64,000 nt of DNA from Candidatus Bathyarchaeota archaeon (GCA_963772455.1 CAVYXJ010000013.1:32001-96000); one strand, 5' to 3'. Positions 10,310 to 21,467 are shown, numbered from the stretch's first letter. Translations and numbers: made by a program. Notes: generated by a model from the sequence alone, not told the origin.

Positions 10310-10732
10310 TTATTTAGAGCCTAAACCCACTTTTATGTAGTCTTTTATCATTTGGTCATGTTCAAAAGCTATAGGCTTAGGCAGTTCACTTATGGAAAAA
10401 AGTTTGATTTCTTGGATTTCGCTATCTTGCTTTTTGGTTTCTCCACTCTCAGGTTTCACAAGAAAACAGGTCGGGTAAAATTCGTATTCTACTTCATCTT
10501 TAACGCCTTTTTCAATATATTCGCCAATCTTGCCTGCAATTGTTACGTCGAGTCCTGTTTCTTCTTTAACTTCCCGAACTATCGTTTGTTCGATGGTCTC
10601 GCCAGAGTCCATTCTTCCACCAGGCAATGCCCAGTAGCCTTTGAAAGGAATTGTGTTGCGTTTAATGAGCAATATCTTGTTTCCTGGATAAGGTATTATG
10701 GCGGTTGCTGTTTTACCTGTGTATTTCTTCAT
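10310..10732 (-). CDS. NUDIX hydrolase
   Basis: Nudix box GGRMDSGETIEQTIVREVKEETGL; start at MKKYTG. Confidence 0.93.
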   Translation of the reverse strand: MKKYTGKTATAIIPYPGNKILLIKRNTIPFKGYWALPGGRMDSGETIEQTIVREVKEETGLDVTIAGKIGEYIEKGVKDEVEYEFYPTCFLVKPESGETKKQDSEIQEIKLFSISELPKPIAFEHDQMIKDYIKVGLGSK

Positions 10733-10743
10733 TGTATCCCTTT

Positions 10744-11550
10744 CTAAGTTGTTAATTTGTATCTCCAATTGATAACTAATGATGCTACGAAAATTGTTAT
10801 GCCAGAAAAAACGACTATGGGACCTGAGAATGGGACAATAGAAGTTGGACCAAAAAAGAGGCTCCATATTAGAACTCCAGAGAAACATGCAATTGCACCG
10901 AAAACCGCGCTAAGCATTGAGTATCTTCGCATATGGGGGCTTAAGATTTTAGCAGCTATTGCAGGTACAATGACTAGAAATCCAACAAGTAATGTCCCAA
11001 CTATCTGGATTCCGATTGCGACAATTACTGAGACTAGAAAGAGATAAAGTAGGTTTACTCTTGCAACTTTGATGCCTTTTGAAATGGCAAGGTCCTCCGA
11101 AATCATAGCTAAGATCAGTTTGTCATAGATTAATTTCGTGAGAATAATCGCTACGATGCAAACTGCAGCTGCTATGGACATGCTAATTAGGGTTACTTGG
11201 GATATGTCTCCAAAAAGCGCCGCCTCAAGTGCATCTAAATTATCCCCATAAATCAGAATACCAATCGCCAATGCAAGAGTAAACATTGCGCCAACGAGGG
11301 CTTCGAAAGAGATTTTTGTTGTTCTTTGAATTTGCCAAATTATAACTGCTGAAGCAAACAAGAACACGAAGGCACCTAGGGTAGCATCAAAATGTAAGGT
11401 TATTCCAATAGCTAATCCGGGTAGCGCAACATGTGAGAGAGCATCACCAACAAGCGCCATTTTCTCCAAAACCATCAAAGACCCTAAGTAGCCTGCGGCG
11501 ACACCTACGAAAATTGACAATATTAGGCTGTAGAAAGTGGTGTCGAGCAT
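10744..11550 (-). CDS. Zn/Mn ABC transporter permease (ZnuB-like)
   Basis: GDALSHVALPG, LFGDI, multiple TMs. Confidence 0.92.
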   Translation of the reverse strand: MLDTTFYSLILSIFVGVAAGYLGSLMVLEKMALVGDALSHVALPGLAIGITLHFDATLGAFVFLFASAVIIWQIQRTTKISFEALVGAMFTLALAIGILIYGDNLDALEAALFGDISQVTLISMSIAAAVCIVAIILTKLIYDKLILAMISEDLAISKGIKVARVNLLYLFLVSVIVAIGIQIVGTLLVGFLVIVPAIAAKILSPHMRRYSMLSAVFGAIACFSGVLIWSLFFGPTSIVPFSGPIVVFSGITIFVASLVINWRYKLTT

Positions 11551-11555
11551 TTCAG

Positions 11556-12251
11556 TCAGTTTTCTCCTCTTTCAGTTTCGACGCAGACTGTTTCGCCGTA
11601 AATCTGTCTTTGTATGTCTGGTTTCCCAATTTCCTCTGCGGGTCCGCAGAATGTAACGCATTTATTTATCGCTAGCAAAGCGTCAGCGTATTCCTGAACG
11701 ATGTGTATGTTGTGGGTTATCAAGAAAATAGTTATTTTTTGGTTTTTCTTGATTTCGTTAAGCATCAAGTAAATTGGTTCTTCGCTATCCATGTCAACAC
11801 CTGTTGTTGGCTCATCCAAAAGCAGGATGTTGGGGTTATCATTTAGTGCCCAAGCGATTAAGACTCGTCGAAGTTGCCCACCAGACAAAACGCCTAATCT
11901 CTTATCTAAAATACTGTTATCGTATAATCTTACTTTTTTTAGCGAGTTTTCCACGTCAACTCCATTTCCAATTGAGAGGAATTCTCTAACGGACATGGGA
12001 ATATCGGAAACAGTGACGTATTGAGGGACATATCCGATTTTTACTTTCTCTGTCCATTCGAGTGAACCTGTGTGAGGGATTAGGTTTAGAAGGGCTTTGA
12101 GTAAAACTGTTTTTCCTGCGCCGTTTGGTCCCAGTATGGCTAATGTGGTACCTTTTGTGACGTTAAAATTTATGTGGTCAAGTAAGATTTGGTTTTGAAG
12201 TTTTACCCCAAGATTTGAAACTTTTAGGATATAGTCGTTTTTTTCAGCCAT
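11556..12251 (-). CDS. Zn/Mn ABC transporter ATPase (ZnuC-like)
   Basis: GPNGAGKT, LSGGQ, LLLDEPT. Confidence 0.93.
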   Translation of the reverse strand: MAEKNDYILKVSNLGVKLQNQILLDHINFNVTKGTTLAILGPNGAGKTVLLKALLNLIPHTGSLEWTEKVKIGYVPQYVTVSDIPMSVREFLSIGNGVDVENSLKKVRLYDNSILDKRLGVLSGGQLRRVLIAWALNDNPNILLLDEPTTGVDMDSEEPIYLMLNEIKKNQKITIFLITHNIHIVQEYADALLAINKCVTFCGPAEEIGKPDIQRQIYGETVCVETERGEN

Positions 12252-12343
12252 AATTGACCAAAGCTTTCGAGTGCCTTAACGGTTTAAACAATATAACATT
12301 AACATTGTGAGGCGTCCAATAAGTTTTTTGAAACAACCAAACA

Positions 12344-13957
12344 CTAAATCTTCACTCTGCCGTTTAAAGCCTGTTGTTCCTTATCGGAAAGCCAGCCCTC
12401 ATTTTTCAAGAAACTTAATCCGCGTTCAACTTTTTCCATGAATAACCTATTTACTAAAAGGTTGTTTTTTTGGGATAAGTCGTTAAGTTGATTTTCAAAC
12501 ACCTTGTTTTGTTTGGCAAGAGTTTTAACATTGTTGACTAGAGTTGTTGCTGATTTGAAGCGTGGAATGAGGCGATCTTTGATTTTTGATATCCCAAAGG
12601 CTCCTTTCAACTTTCCAGAAAAATCAACTCCGGCAATAATAGAGGGTTCAATGAAAAAGTATCGTCTTGAAGCGCCTGCTTCATAGCAAGATACGTAAAA
12701 CGGAATATAAAACAAAGCCGAACTTTTCAACCCTTGTTCTTTAATGCCTAACTCTTCAAAATTAGATCTTGTGGTCTCGGATAGCTTGATGGTTTTGCTT
12801 AAGCTTTCAAGTAATATTTTCTCTTGTTTAAGGAGTTTGTCGGTTTCCAGTTTGAAGGTAAGCATTTTAGCATCTCGGGTAGCCTTCAGTTCTAGTAGAG
12901 GCAGTCGGGCAAGTTTGATTTCAGTGTCAAGCTCAAAATTTATCTTGGAAATTTCCTGCACTTTTTGTTTGTTTATTTGTGTAACGTTGAAATGTATGTC
13001 CTTTAATTTCTTTTTTAGATCCTTAAGGTCTCTTTGAGTTTGCTTAATTTTTTCTTTCCATCGTTTCTCGTAAAGTGAATGCTTTTTAGTGGCTTGAGAT
13101 TTTGCTTCGTGTTGATATTGCTTGATTTTTCGTTCGTTGATTTCGATGGATTTTTGCGTTTTGGTTTCAAGTTTTTGTAACTTTTTAATTTCTTTGACAA
13201 ATTGTTCAGTTAAATTCTTTATTTTGGCTTTGTGATCTTTGTTTAATTTAGTTATTTTGGGGTTTACGATTTCTTCTTGAGCTCTTATTTTTGCATCTAT
13301 TTCCTCAGTTGCGGCTGATTCTTCATATTTGAGTTCTGTTACATATTGAACTGTTATTTTATTCAATAGCCTTTTGCATTCAGGAAGCAGTTCAACTTCT
13401 TCTCTTAGGCTTGATTGAAGTTTGTAAAACATAGCTACCGAGGAGCAAATGGTGTTTTCATCTAGAGTTGGTGAAAGCTGGCCTGAATTTGCAGGATTCA
13501 ATTCTGATGCTTCTTTGCAGTAATTGCTAAATTCATTTCTAAAATCTACATCCGCAATTAAGCCCTTAAAAACAAATTGTTTTTCTTTTATGGGGATTTG
13601 AAAATAATCACTATGGTCTAACAGGAATGTATGATAATTTTCCCGTGGACTTGAATTGGCTTCCAAACTTTTTATAAAAGCTTTGGTCGATGGAACTTCC
13701 GTGTAAGAAATGTTGTAGCTTGAGTCGCCGAATCCATCAAAAACTAAGTTCACATTGTTTTTTGGATAAAGCCATAATGGATAGCCTAATTTCGATAGGA
13801 AAACCAGTTTTTCTTCAGGTTGCCTCATAAATAATCCGCCGCCTCTGCTTCTTTCGAGCTCTGCGGTGGCGAAAATGGCTGCTGCCTCGACCTCTTGTGT
13901 GGTGTTTTTTGGGTTTGAGAAGGGTAGGCTAAAGCGTTTAGTTGCAGAGGTCAACAT
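12344..13957 (-). CDS. Hypothetical long coiled-coil protein
   Basis: 537 aa with K/E/Q-rich heptad core. Confidence 0.75.
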   Translation of the reverse strand: MLTSATKRFSLPFSNPKNTTQEVEAAAIFATAELERSRGGGLFMRQPEEKLVFLSKLGYPLWLYPKNNVNLVFDGFGDSSYNISYTEVPSTKAFIKSLEANSSPRENYHTFLLDHSDYFQIPIKEKQFVFKGLIADVDFRNEFSNYCKEASELNPANSGQLSPTLDENTICSSVAMFYKLQSSLREEVELLPECKRLLNKITVQYVTELKYEESAATEEIDAKIRAQEEIVNPKITKLNKDHKAKIKNLTEQFVKEIKKLQKLETKTQKSIEINERKIKQYQHEAKSQATKKHSLYEKRWKEKIKQTQRDLKDLKKKLKDIHFNVTQINKQKVQEISKINFELDTEIKLARLPLLELKATRDAKMLTFKLETDKLLKQEKILLESLSKTIKLSETTRSNFEELGIKEQGLKSSALFYIPFYVSCYEAGASRRYFFIEPSIIAGVDFSGKLKGAFGISKIKDRLIPRFKSATTLVNNVKTLAKQNKVFENQLNDLSQKNNLLVNRLFMEKVERGLSFLKNEGWLSDKEQQALNGRVKI

Positions 13958-14010
13958 TTGTATTGTCAGTGAAGGTATTAAGACGCTGGTTTTTTAAAAC
14001 TTGTTATAGC

Positions 14011-15354
14011 TTAACCAGTAAAGAAGTCTGAAATCTTCTTTTGGAATAGTGCCTTCTTTAGTAGTTCGCTTTGAAGTATCCAGCGTTGCATTGGTATTTC
14101 AAATCTGGCGCTAATGAATTGGAGAGATTCGGCAAGATTCTTGAAAATATAGGGTTTTTGGTGCATTGCATTTCGGACGTTTTCACGAACTTGCCAGACG
14201 CCAATAGGCATAATATAACCTGGTCTTGCTTCTCGGAGAACGATTGCGGTGGCTTGGCGTCGATCTTTTTGGAGTTGTTCGCAGATGGCTAATCGTGCTG
14301 AGTAATAGCAGCCGCCAATCGCTGCGTAAGTTGTTCGTCCGTTATTGCCTTCCCAGTCAGAGAAAATAGCTATGTTTTGGCCAGTTGGGTTCCAGACGGT
14401 TCCTGGATACCAAGCTTCCATGGATTCATAACTCCACTGCCCGGGTATCATTAAAATCTCAAACACATTGTCCATATAGATCGATTCGTAAACTCGGTAT
14501 TCATTGATTTCTGGGAATGTTTTTACTTTTTCTCGGAGGTTCTTGGAGATGATGTCATCTACGGCTGTTATGCTCCATCTTGTTGGAACGAGTCGTCGTT
14601 TCTTTTCCACTCCAAAAGCGCCGACACTGAATGCTTTTTGAATTTTACTTACAATGACTCCTCGATTGTATAAGTCTACTACAGCCTGGGTTGCTCGTAA
14701 ATCCGTGTCATAGTATGCTTTCTCAATTTTGTCATCGTAACGTGCATTACCAACGTGAAGGTCGCGAATGGGGGCTGAAGGACCAAATGGTTGAACATTA
14801 TCATCGAGGTAAATTGATCCCCGAGGTTTTTTTGTAAGATTCAATTCGATGTCAACACAGGTGTCTGCAAGAGCTAATTCCCGTGTTTGATCAAGAATTT
14901 TTCCCCCGTCCATAAATTTCTGGACATTAACTCTGTGTTTTCCTCGAACAAGCAAGCTACGAAATCCCACAATCTCATCCATTGATTTTCCAAACCATTT
15001 CTCAGGCAAATCATAGATTCCGGTATCTTCGTGAACAGGCGGAACAAGTGGTCCTGCGTAAACGTTGGGGTAGCCGATTCTTCCAATAAAAACGCTGGGC
15101 GGTGACATGCCATCGATGTCTTCAGTAGCCATTAAAGGTGCACTTTTGAGGAAATAGTTGACTTTTACCATTATTGGGCATCGAGTTTTTCCGCAAAGAG
15201 CTCTTGCTCCTTTGCAAAGGACACAGAGGCTATCGTTTCTGGTTCGAGTTATGATTTGGCGCTCGTCGATTGCGCTTTTGTTTACTTTTTCTATTATTTC
15301 CAGTAGCCAGTTGTTTGGTTTTGTTGTAGTTTGGGTTTTTTGGGTGACAGTCAT
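14011..15354 (-). CDS. nreA: Nre family DNA repair protein
   Basis: N-terminal CxxCKG..LCG..RCP, SPPSVFIGRIGYP, LVPTRWSITAVD, C-terminal PIP box QKKISDFF. Confidence 0.93.
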   Translation of the reverse strand: MTVTQKTQTTTKPNNWLLEIIEKVNKSAIDERQIITRTRNDSLCVLCKGARALCGKTRCPIMVKVNYFLKSAPLMATEDIDGMSPPSVFIGRIGYPNVYAGPLVPPVHEDTGIYDLPEKWFGKSMDEIVGFRSLLVRGKHRVNVQKFMDGGKILDQTRELALADTCVDIELNLTKKPRGSIYLDDNVQPFGPSAPIRDLHVGNARYDDKIEKAYYDTDLRATQAVVDLYNRGVIVSKIQKAFSVGAFGVEKKRRLVPTRWSITAVDDIISKNLREKVKTFPEINEYRVYESIYMDNVFEILMIPGQWSYESMEAWYPGTVWNPTGQNIAIFSDWEGNNGRTTYAAIGGCYYSARLAICEQLQKDRRQATAIVLREARPGYIMPIGVWQVRENVRNAMHQKPYIFKNLAESLQFISARFEIPMQRWILQSELLKKALFQKKISDFFTG

Positions 15355-15451
15355 TATCAGTTAAATTATCTTTACATGGTCTCATATGTTTTTTCTGCAT
15401 GAAAATTGTTAAAATATATGCTTATTCGATGTTTTTGACGATAGTGTATCT

Positions 15452-16120
15452 CTACTTTTCAAAAAGTGTTTTAGTGATTGTTTTAAATATCAAAGTAAGT
15501 TTTTTTGGAAGTTTTGGCTTAACTTCATCAATCTTTCTGAGAACATATGGAACTGGAATACTCGTCAAGTTGGCATCAATGATTTTCAGTTCACCATTGA
15601 TTCTTTTCAAGTTCTCTTCTTTAATATCAAAAACACCGTATCGATAAACAATTCGTCTGAGTCGTGCAAGTTCCCCCTCATTAATTTGGGCTGGAAATCC
15701 ATACTCTTGCAACAAACAATATTTAGTATGCCAAAATATTCTGGCAAACACTTGATGGCGAATACTTTCAGGAATGCGTTTGTAAGTTCTATGGTCGTTT
15801 TCTATGCTTTTTTTTGGACCGATTTTGAGCACTATTTTTTGGTCGGCTGAATGAATGCCAAAGACAATTTTGTGCCATCCAACATCTCTAACATAGAGAT
15901 CAGGAAAATTTCTTGATACTAACTTTTCAAGTTGAGGTTGGGGGATGAATGGAGAACCTGACAGGTGTAAGTAGTGTTCTATTGAATGGTCAATTTGTAT
16001 GGCAGTGTGATGGTAAGACTTGAATTTCAACTTTAGGCACTCAAAAGCATTTAACACTAAAACATGAGCTCGTTGATAATAATAAACATAACAAAAAATT
16101 GTAGGTCTTATTATTTTCAT
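15452..16120 (-). CDS. Hypothetical protein, minimal atypical kinase-like fold
   Basis: VLKIG, LLQEY, DIKEEN, IID motifs in kinase-like order; start uncertain. Confidence 0.55.
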   Translation of the reverse strand: MKIIRPTIFCYVYYYQRAHVLVLNAFECLKLKFKSYHHTAIQIDHSIEHYLHLSGSPFIPQPQLEKLVSRNFPDLYVRDVGWHKIVFGIHSADQKIVLKIGPKKSIENDHRTYKRIPESIRHQVFARIFWHTKYCLLQEYGFPAQINEGELARLRRIVYRYGVFDIKEENLKRINGELKIIDANLTSIPVPYVLRKIDEVKPKLPKKLTLIFKTITKTLFEK

Positions 16121-16176
16121 TTGGAAACTGGTGGTTATCTTTATTTTGATTTATTGAACGGGTTTGATTTTTTGTT

Positions 16177-16374
16177 CTATACTACGTATTGGGTTGCGTT
16201 TTCTGGAAGATGTGGCTGGATTTGCTCTGTTTTGCTTGGAATAGTGGCATGCTCATTCATCCACTTGGATAGTCCCTTACAGCAGTTTGGGTTGCATGAA
16301 AATTTTTTCTGTTTTCCGTTCCATGACTGGCAGGAGGCACAGGGAATTTCTTTTTGATGTTCCATGGCAATCAC
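16177..16374 (-). CDS. Small Cys-rich hypothetical protein
   Basis: CASC...CNPNCC. Confidence 0.5.
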   Translation of the reverse strand: MIAMEHQKEIPCASCQSWNGKQKKFSCNPNCCKGLSKWMNEHATIPSKTEQIQPHLPENATQYVV

Positions 16375-16479
16375 GTCCTTATTGTTTTAGCGATATTTAC
16401 CATTTATGAAAAAGAACTCTTGAGCAGCTGTTTGAATTCAAAATCAATAAATCGCATAATTACTTAGATATAAGAAGAA

Positions 16480-16557
16480 TGGCGCCCAGGCCGGGATTCG
16501 GACCCGGGTCCTACGGGCGACAGCCGCATATACTGGACCGAACTATACTACCTGGGC
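16480..16557 (-). tRNA. tRNA-Asp(GTC)
   Basis: GCCCAGG...TGCGG-CTGTCGC-CCGTA...CCGGG-TCCGAAT-CCCGG CCTGGGC-GCCA. Confidence 0.93.
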
Positions 16558-16680
16558 AATTTAGCGCCGCAAGAATACTAATAACTTTAGCTAATTAACC
16601 TTTCTCGGACATTAGTGTTGGTTTAGCGACATTTTTAATACTGTTCAGAAATATTTAATGGGTATATTGTTTGAGGATGA

Positions 16681-18639
16681 GTGAAAAAAGTTAAAACAAA
16701 TGCGGTTTACATGGAAATTCTGGAAAAATTCTGGGTTCCCATAGTGCTGCTTCTGTTAACGACTGGTTCATTTGTTTCAGGTTATGTTGCAGTATTTACC
16801 GCGTTGGTTTTCACTTTTCTGGTTCCAGGTTTAATCGCTCACCGGTTTTTTGGTTTGAAAACTCATGAGATTTGGGCGTTCGTACCCGTTTTCAGTGTTT
16901 TAGTTTCGGTTCAATTTGTTTATTACTTATCGTTGATTTTTGGGTATTCAAGGGAAACAATATTTTTTAGTTTTTTGGCTTTGATTACAATTTACACTTT
17001 GGTTGTTTACAAAAAAGGTGAACCATTTAATCTCCAAAAGTTACTCAAAATAAAACAAGTCAGAAAAACTAGCATTCTTATTTTCACAGTGATTTTCCTT
17101 ATCTCCCTCGCGGTTCTGTCCAGAAGTGTTTGGTATGGAAACCAATATGGCATTGTTATAACAGGTTCAAATTGGCAAGACACTCCTCTGCACTATGAAA
17201 TAATAGAAAGCATAAATAATGGAAATTTTCCTCCCCAAAAGGCAAACTTTGCGGGGTACCCCGAAAATTATCATTATTTTGTTGATTTCCATACTGCTAT
17301 CTTGGAGAAGGTTTTTGGTTATTTGCCGACACTTTTGCCTTTTCTAAATGCTGTGTTCATTGTGGTTTTCTCTCTTGCAATTTATGCTTTGGCAAGAAAT
17401 TATGGGAGAAAAGTTGGGGTAATTGCTGTTGTTTTGGGTGTGTTTGGTTGGGGGCTGAGTTATTTTGGTTTGTTCGGTGCCCTCTTCAATGGCACTTTTA
17501 ATCCTTATATTAATTATATTTATCATTTTGGAGAGACATTTCAAGTTACCCAATCAAACGGGGTTGTTTTAGGTTTCGGGTTGCCGTCAATATTTGACAA
17601 TCTTTTACAGCAACGTCCCTTGCTTGTGGGGTTGCCTGCGTTTGCTTTGGTATTAGCGCTTCTCCGGAACATGGATGATAAAAAACGTATTATTTTAGCA
17701 GGCGTTATAACAGGTTTAACCTATGAATTTCACAATGTTGCGTTTTTCTGCTGCTACATTGCGTTTATAGTGTGTTTGCTTTTGAATTTACGCAAGTTTA
17801 AGATAAACTATCTATATTTTTTGGTGCCATCCGTTTTTGCTTTGCCATTTATCTTGTTTGGTGGTTCCTCGTTTGCTTTACAGTTTAATTTAGATTTCTT
17901 GGCAACTTATGTCAAAAATCCGTTTATTTATTATCCCCTAAATCTTGGTATACCTCTTGCCCTAGCTATTATTTCGTTTATTAGGCGTGGACATGAATAT
18001 CTCAAAGTTACTTTGTTGTTATTGTTCTTGGTTCCTAACCTTTTGTTGTTAACGCCTAACCCGTGGGACATGTACAAGTTCTTTATGTTTGCTTGGATTC
18101 CCATTGCCGTGTTGAGCGGGGTGGTTTTGGCTAAGATATGGGTTCGAAAGTGGCGGATAGTGGTTTTGGGGTTGATTTTGTTATCTGTTATGACGTCTGC
18201 TAGCGTAGTCATCTTCAATGTCGGTACAGATTATACTGCAGTTAATTGGAGTGAATACGATACTGGGCTATGGGTTAGAGATAATACGCCGCAGAAATCA
18301 GTGTTTTTGACTTATTATTCAATTCATGCACCATCCAGTATGATTGGGGGGCAGTTACGCGTCTCGTCTTACGTAAATTGGCCTTATGGTCATGGGGTAC
18401 CGTTAGATCAAGTGTTTCAGCGGGAGCATGACATCGATGCTGCCTACAATGGTACAGAAGCCCAGCTGGCAGTAGTTGTTCGTGAGTACAATGTTTCTTA
18501 TGTTTACGTTGGAGGTGAAGAGTTGACTAATTATCCGGGTTGTGTAACTCGTTTTAATGGTGTTGTATGGCTTACCCAGGTTTACATTAATGGTGATCTA
18601 AGAATTTACCAAGTTGATCGGTCAAGTTTAGGTGGTTGA
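16681..18639 (+). CDS. Polytopic membrane protein, GT-C-like glycosyltransferase
   Basis: >10 TMs, WQDTPLH and YHYF loop motifs, C-terminal YNVSYVYVG..E domain. Confidence 0.7.
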   Translation: MKKVKTNAVYMEILEKFWVPIVLLLLTTGSFVSGYVAVFTALVFTFLVPGLIAHRFFGLKTHEIWAFVPVFSVLVSVQFVYYLSLIFGYSRETIFFSFLALITIYTLVVYKKGEPFNLQKLLKIKQVRKTSILIFTVIFLISLAVLSRSVWYGNQYGIVITGSNWQDTPLHYEIIESINNGNFPPQKANFAGYPENYHYFVDFHTAILEKVFGYLPTLLPFLNAVFIVVFSLAIYALARNYGRKVGVIAVVLGVFGWGLSYFGLFGALFNGTFNPYINYIYHFGETFQVTQSNGVVLGFGLPSIFDNLLQQRPLLVGLPAFALVLALLRNMDDKKRIILAGVITGLTYEFHNVAFFCCYIAFIVCLLLNLRKFKINYLYFLVPSVFALPFILFGGSSFALQFNLDFLATYVKNPFIYYPLNLGIPLALAIISFIRRGHEYLKVTLLLLFLVPNLLLLTPNPWDMYKFFMFAWIPIAVLSGVVLAKIWVRKWRIVVLGLILLSVMTSASVVIFNVGTDYTAVNWSEYDTGLWVRDNTPQKSVFLTYYSIHAPSSMIGGQLRVSSYVNWPYGHGVPLDQVFQREHDIDAAYNGTEAQLAVVVREYNVSYVYVGGEELTNYPGCVTRFNGVVWLTQVYINGDLRIYQVDRSSLGG

Positions 18640-19108
18640 GTGCTGGCAAGTTTTAAATACCGAAAAGGAGAAAAAAGTAAATATGACAATTAAGCTTGCA
18701 AGTCTTGGAATAGTCCATAAAATCTTAATGCTGTTTGTTTTGATTAACATCATCGGTGACATAGGTAACGTCGCTTTTTGGTGGGCAAACTCGGCTTCGC
18801 GTGCAGCATCATTAAACACAGGTTATATAGGAGTAACTGCTGGGATTGGCAATGCTCTTATCGTGGGCACAATAGTCCTGTTGGTTGTTGCAGTAGTGTA
18901 TATTATAGCCTTGTTTGGGTTAATGAAACAGAAGAAGTGGGCGCCCCAGTTAATCATAGTCATATCAGTGGTTAACCGTGCCCTCGCTCTTGTCCTCTAC
19001 TTCATTAGTCCTGCATTCACATTTTGGGCGGTTTGGAGCATTATTCTAATTGCTCTAGCATACTTTGACTGGCGTAAAATAAATACTGCTAAAGCAGTAG
19101 CCCAATAA
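18632..19108 (+). CDS. Membrane protein
   Basis: About four hydrophobic helices. Confidence 0.7.
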   Translation: MVECWQVLNTEKEKKVNMTIKLASLGIVHKILMLFVLINIIGDIGNVAFWWANSASRAASLNTGYIGVTAGIGNALIVGTIVLLVVAVVYIIALFGLMKQKKWAPQLIIVISVVNRALALVLYFISPAFTFWAVWSIILIALAYFDWRKINTAKAVAQ

Positions 19109-19117
19109 TTTTTTTAT

Positions 19118-19597
19118 TTATTTTTGGTGTCTGGTGCTTTTGCCAGATATGTAATTAATGTCTATTCTGCCCATGGTGACGGCTTCAAGTTTTTCAGGTT
19201 TGATTTTTGAAAGTTTTACTTCGGGGTCAAGCGAGACTTGACGGATAAGGACTTCCATTGCGTGTTTTTTCTCATTTAAATCCGTGATTAAAGAGAATTT
19301 TCCTTTAAAATGAACCGAACTGTAATCATAGTCACATTCTTGGGTAACACCGAAATCAAGAACAGCTTGACCCCAAACTTTTGGGTTAGCTTTTGCATAA
19401 ATGAGTTTTTTGCCTTCAGGAGCGCAATGGAAATAGAGACAGTTACGGGTCTGGTCGTATCCGTGGCTCAAAGCGACAAGATAAGGTTCATCTTCCATGC
19501 AAAAGGCAATCGTTACGTATTTAGTGGCTTTTAGAACTTTTTGCATCTCATTGGAATCGGTGATTTCTCGATCTTTGCGTCTAACATGAAAAGACAT
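19118..19597 (-). CDS. Pyridoxamine 5'-phosphate oxidase-like flavin-binding protein (NimA family)
   Basis: RRKDREI, PY.V.L, LYFHCAPEGKK, YSSV. Confidence 0.88.
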   Translation of the reverse strand: MSFHVRRKDREITDSNEMQKVLKATKYVTIAFCMEDEPYLVALSHGYDQTRNCLYFHCAPEGKKLIYAKANPKVWGQAVLDFGVTQECDYDYSSVHFKGKFSLITDLNEKKHAMEVLIRQVSLDPEVKLSKIKPEKLEAVTMGRIDINYISGKSTRHQK

Positions 19598-19624
19598 GCT
19601 TGACTTTAAGCAGAATTAATAATA

Positions 19625-20149
19625 TTAACTTTTTTTGTGACTCATTCTGTGGTAGATATTTGAAAGTTTGGTTTTGAATTTACTCATGATGCTTGGGGTA
19701 AAGATGGAGAGAGAAGCTAGTAGAAAGTTAAGTGGAAAGACAAGGGGGGACTCAAATAGGTTGTCGCCATAGGAGGCGGTGACGTATTGTAGGTATCCCC
19801 ATAGTTGAAACAATGACCAAAAGGTTGTCCATAATAATGCGCCTCCAAGGCGAGCTAAATATTTCTGTTTTCGACTTAGAACTTTTTGATTTAGATTTGT
19901 GTAAAAGATTTCTCCTGCGACTGCTCCTGCGCCGCCGGGGAAAAAAGCGTTAACTAAAATCTTCTCTACAATGTTGCCAGGAACAAATGGAGAGACCCAG
20001 AAAGGCATGAACATACTTAAAATTGGTAGGTGAATGTTGCCTGTTGTAATTCTTATTGTCGCTGGCGTAGCATAAATTAAAACTGCGCTAATCTGCCAAA
20101 CCCAAAACCTTCTATTTCGAAGAGATTTTAAGATGGCATTTCGAAGCAT
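19625..20149 (-). CDS. Membrane protein
   Basis: Hydrophobic; NAFFPGGAGAVAGE motif. Confidence 0.7.
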   Translation of the reverse strand: MLRNAILKSLRNRRFWVWQISAVLIYATPATIRITTGNIHLPILSMFMPFWVSPFVPGNIVEKILVNAFFPGGAGAVAGEIFYTNLNQKVLSRKQKYLARLGGALLWTTFWSLFQLWGYLQYVTASYGDNLFESPLVFPLNFLLASLSIFTPSIMSKFKTKLSNIYHRMSHKKS

Positions 20150-20408
20150 AGTTCTAAATTAACTGGTAAGTTTAAAAAAGCCTTCTAAACGAAAATGGTT
20201 TCTTGGAAAATATGAGTGTTTATTGTTGGAGTTTAATGAAGATGCATGCAGAAAACGATAGACGAGGAGTCTAAAATAATGGGGTGGTTCCTACAATGGC
20301 AAATCTTGAAGACAGTTATTATTTTTACACTTATTGAGGATAGAGAACGTTCCGATTGCATTAGTTCTGTTATGCAATAGCTTTTTTAATCCACTCTTCA
20401 CCCTTATT

Positions 20409-21467
20409 TTGCGGTGCATTCAAACGGAAGAAGAAGCAGATATTTGGACTCCAATGGATGGAGACACATTCGTCACTAAAGATGGGTTTATCATGAACAC
20501 GTTTGGGTATGAACACCCCGACGACCGCGTTTTTGCGTTTCTCAAGTACATACCCGCTCAATACAAGCAACTCTTCAATGTGGAGATGCTTTCTCGCACT
20601 TGGAAATTTGGCACAAGCGAACTTACAAACCAATTATTTCGAGCAGAAAAACTCTACACCGCCAAAAACTACCAAACCTTCATCGAAGCCTTCCGCAAAA
20701 CCTTCCCAAGCTACATTTTCTTTGACCAAACACGCGGTAAAGAACTCATAACTGCACCCTTCGAAGTTATTGAACAAGTGTTTGTCCCAAAAGACCGCCT
20801 AGTTTGGCTTCAGAACCTCAAAAACCCTGATAAACTCCAAACTATGTCCCTTCAATTAATCGATCTAATCTCCAAAGAATCAGGCGTACCATGTGGCGAT
20901 TTGGGTATCCATGGTTCTATTGCATTGGAAATGCATGCGCCAGAATCAGACATCGACTTTGTTGTTTATGGCACAAGCAACTTCCGTGCTGTAGAAGATG
21001 CTATACAAAGACTTGTAAACGAAAACAAACTCACCTACATTGCAGGCAACCGCATTGAAGCAGCCCGAAAATTCGTTGGCAAATACAATGGCAAAATCTG
21101 GATGTATAATGCAACAAAAAAACCCGAAGAAATCAAGACCCAATTCGGCGAATTTACCTACACACCCTTAGCTCAGCTTCGTTTCATTGCAACCGTCTGT
21201 GATGACACAGAAACCATGTATCGTCCGGCAATCTATAAAATTAGCAATTATCAACCCCAAGATGACCAATCGGAACTTGATTTAGACAAAATTCCTATGC
21301 AAGTTGTCTCAAACATAGGTTGCTATCGAAACGTTGCACGAGCTGGGCAACAAATTAAGGTTGCAGGAACTCTCGAAAAAGTCCAATCAACATGCAACGA
21401 TAGTGTCTCATATCAGGTCGTTGTTGGAACAGCAACTTCGGAAGAAGAGTACATATGGCCACTTTAG
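20409..21467 (+). CDS. Pol-beta-type nucleotidyltransferase (COG1665-like), paralog 1
   Basis: [17 protein letters not shown]; N-terminal FGYEHP; start uncertain. Confidence 0.8.
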   Translation: MRCIQTEEEADIWTPMDGDTFVTKDGFIMNTFGYEHPDDRVFAFLKYIPAQYKQLFNVEMLSRTWKFGTSELTNQLFRAEKLYTAKNYQTFIEAFRKTFPSYIFFDQTRGKELITAPFEVIEQVFVPKDRLVWLQNLKNPDKLQTMSLQLIDLISKESGVPCGDLGIHGSIALEMHAPESDIDFVVYGTSNFRAVEDAIQRLVNENKLTYIAGNRIEAARKFVGKYNGKIWMYNATKKPEEIKTQFGEFTYTPLAQLRFIATVCDDTETMYRPAIYKISNYQPQDDQSELDLDKIPMQVVSNIGCYRNVARAGQQIKVAGTLEKVQSTCNDSVSYQVVVGTATSEEEYIWPL

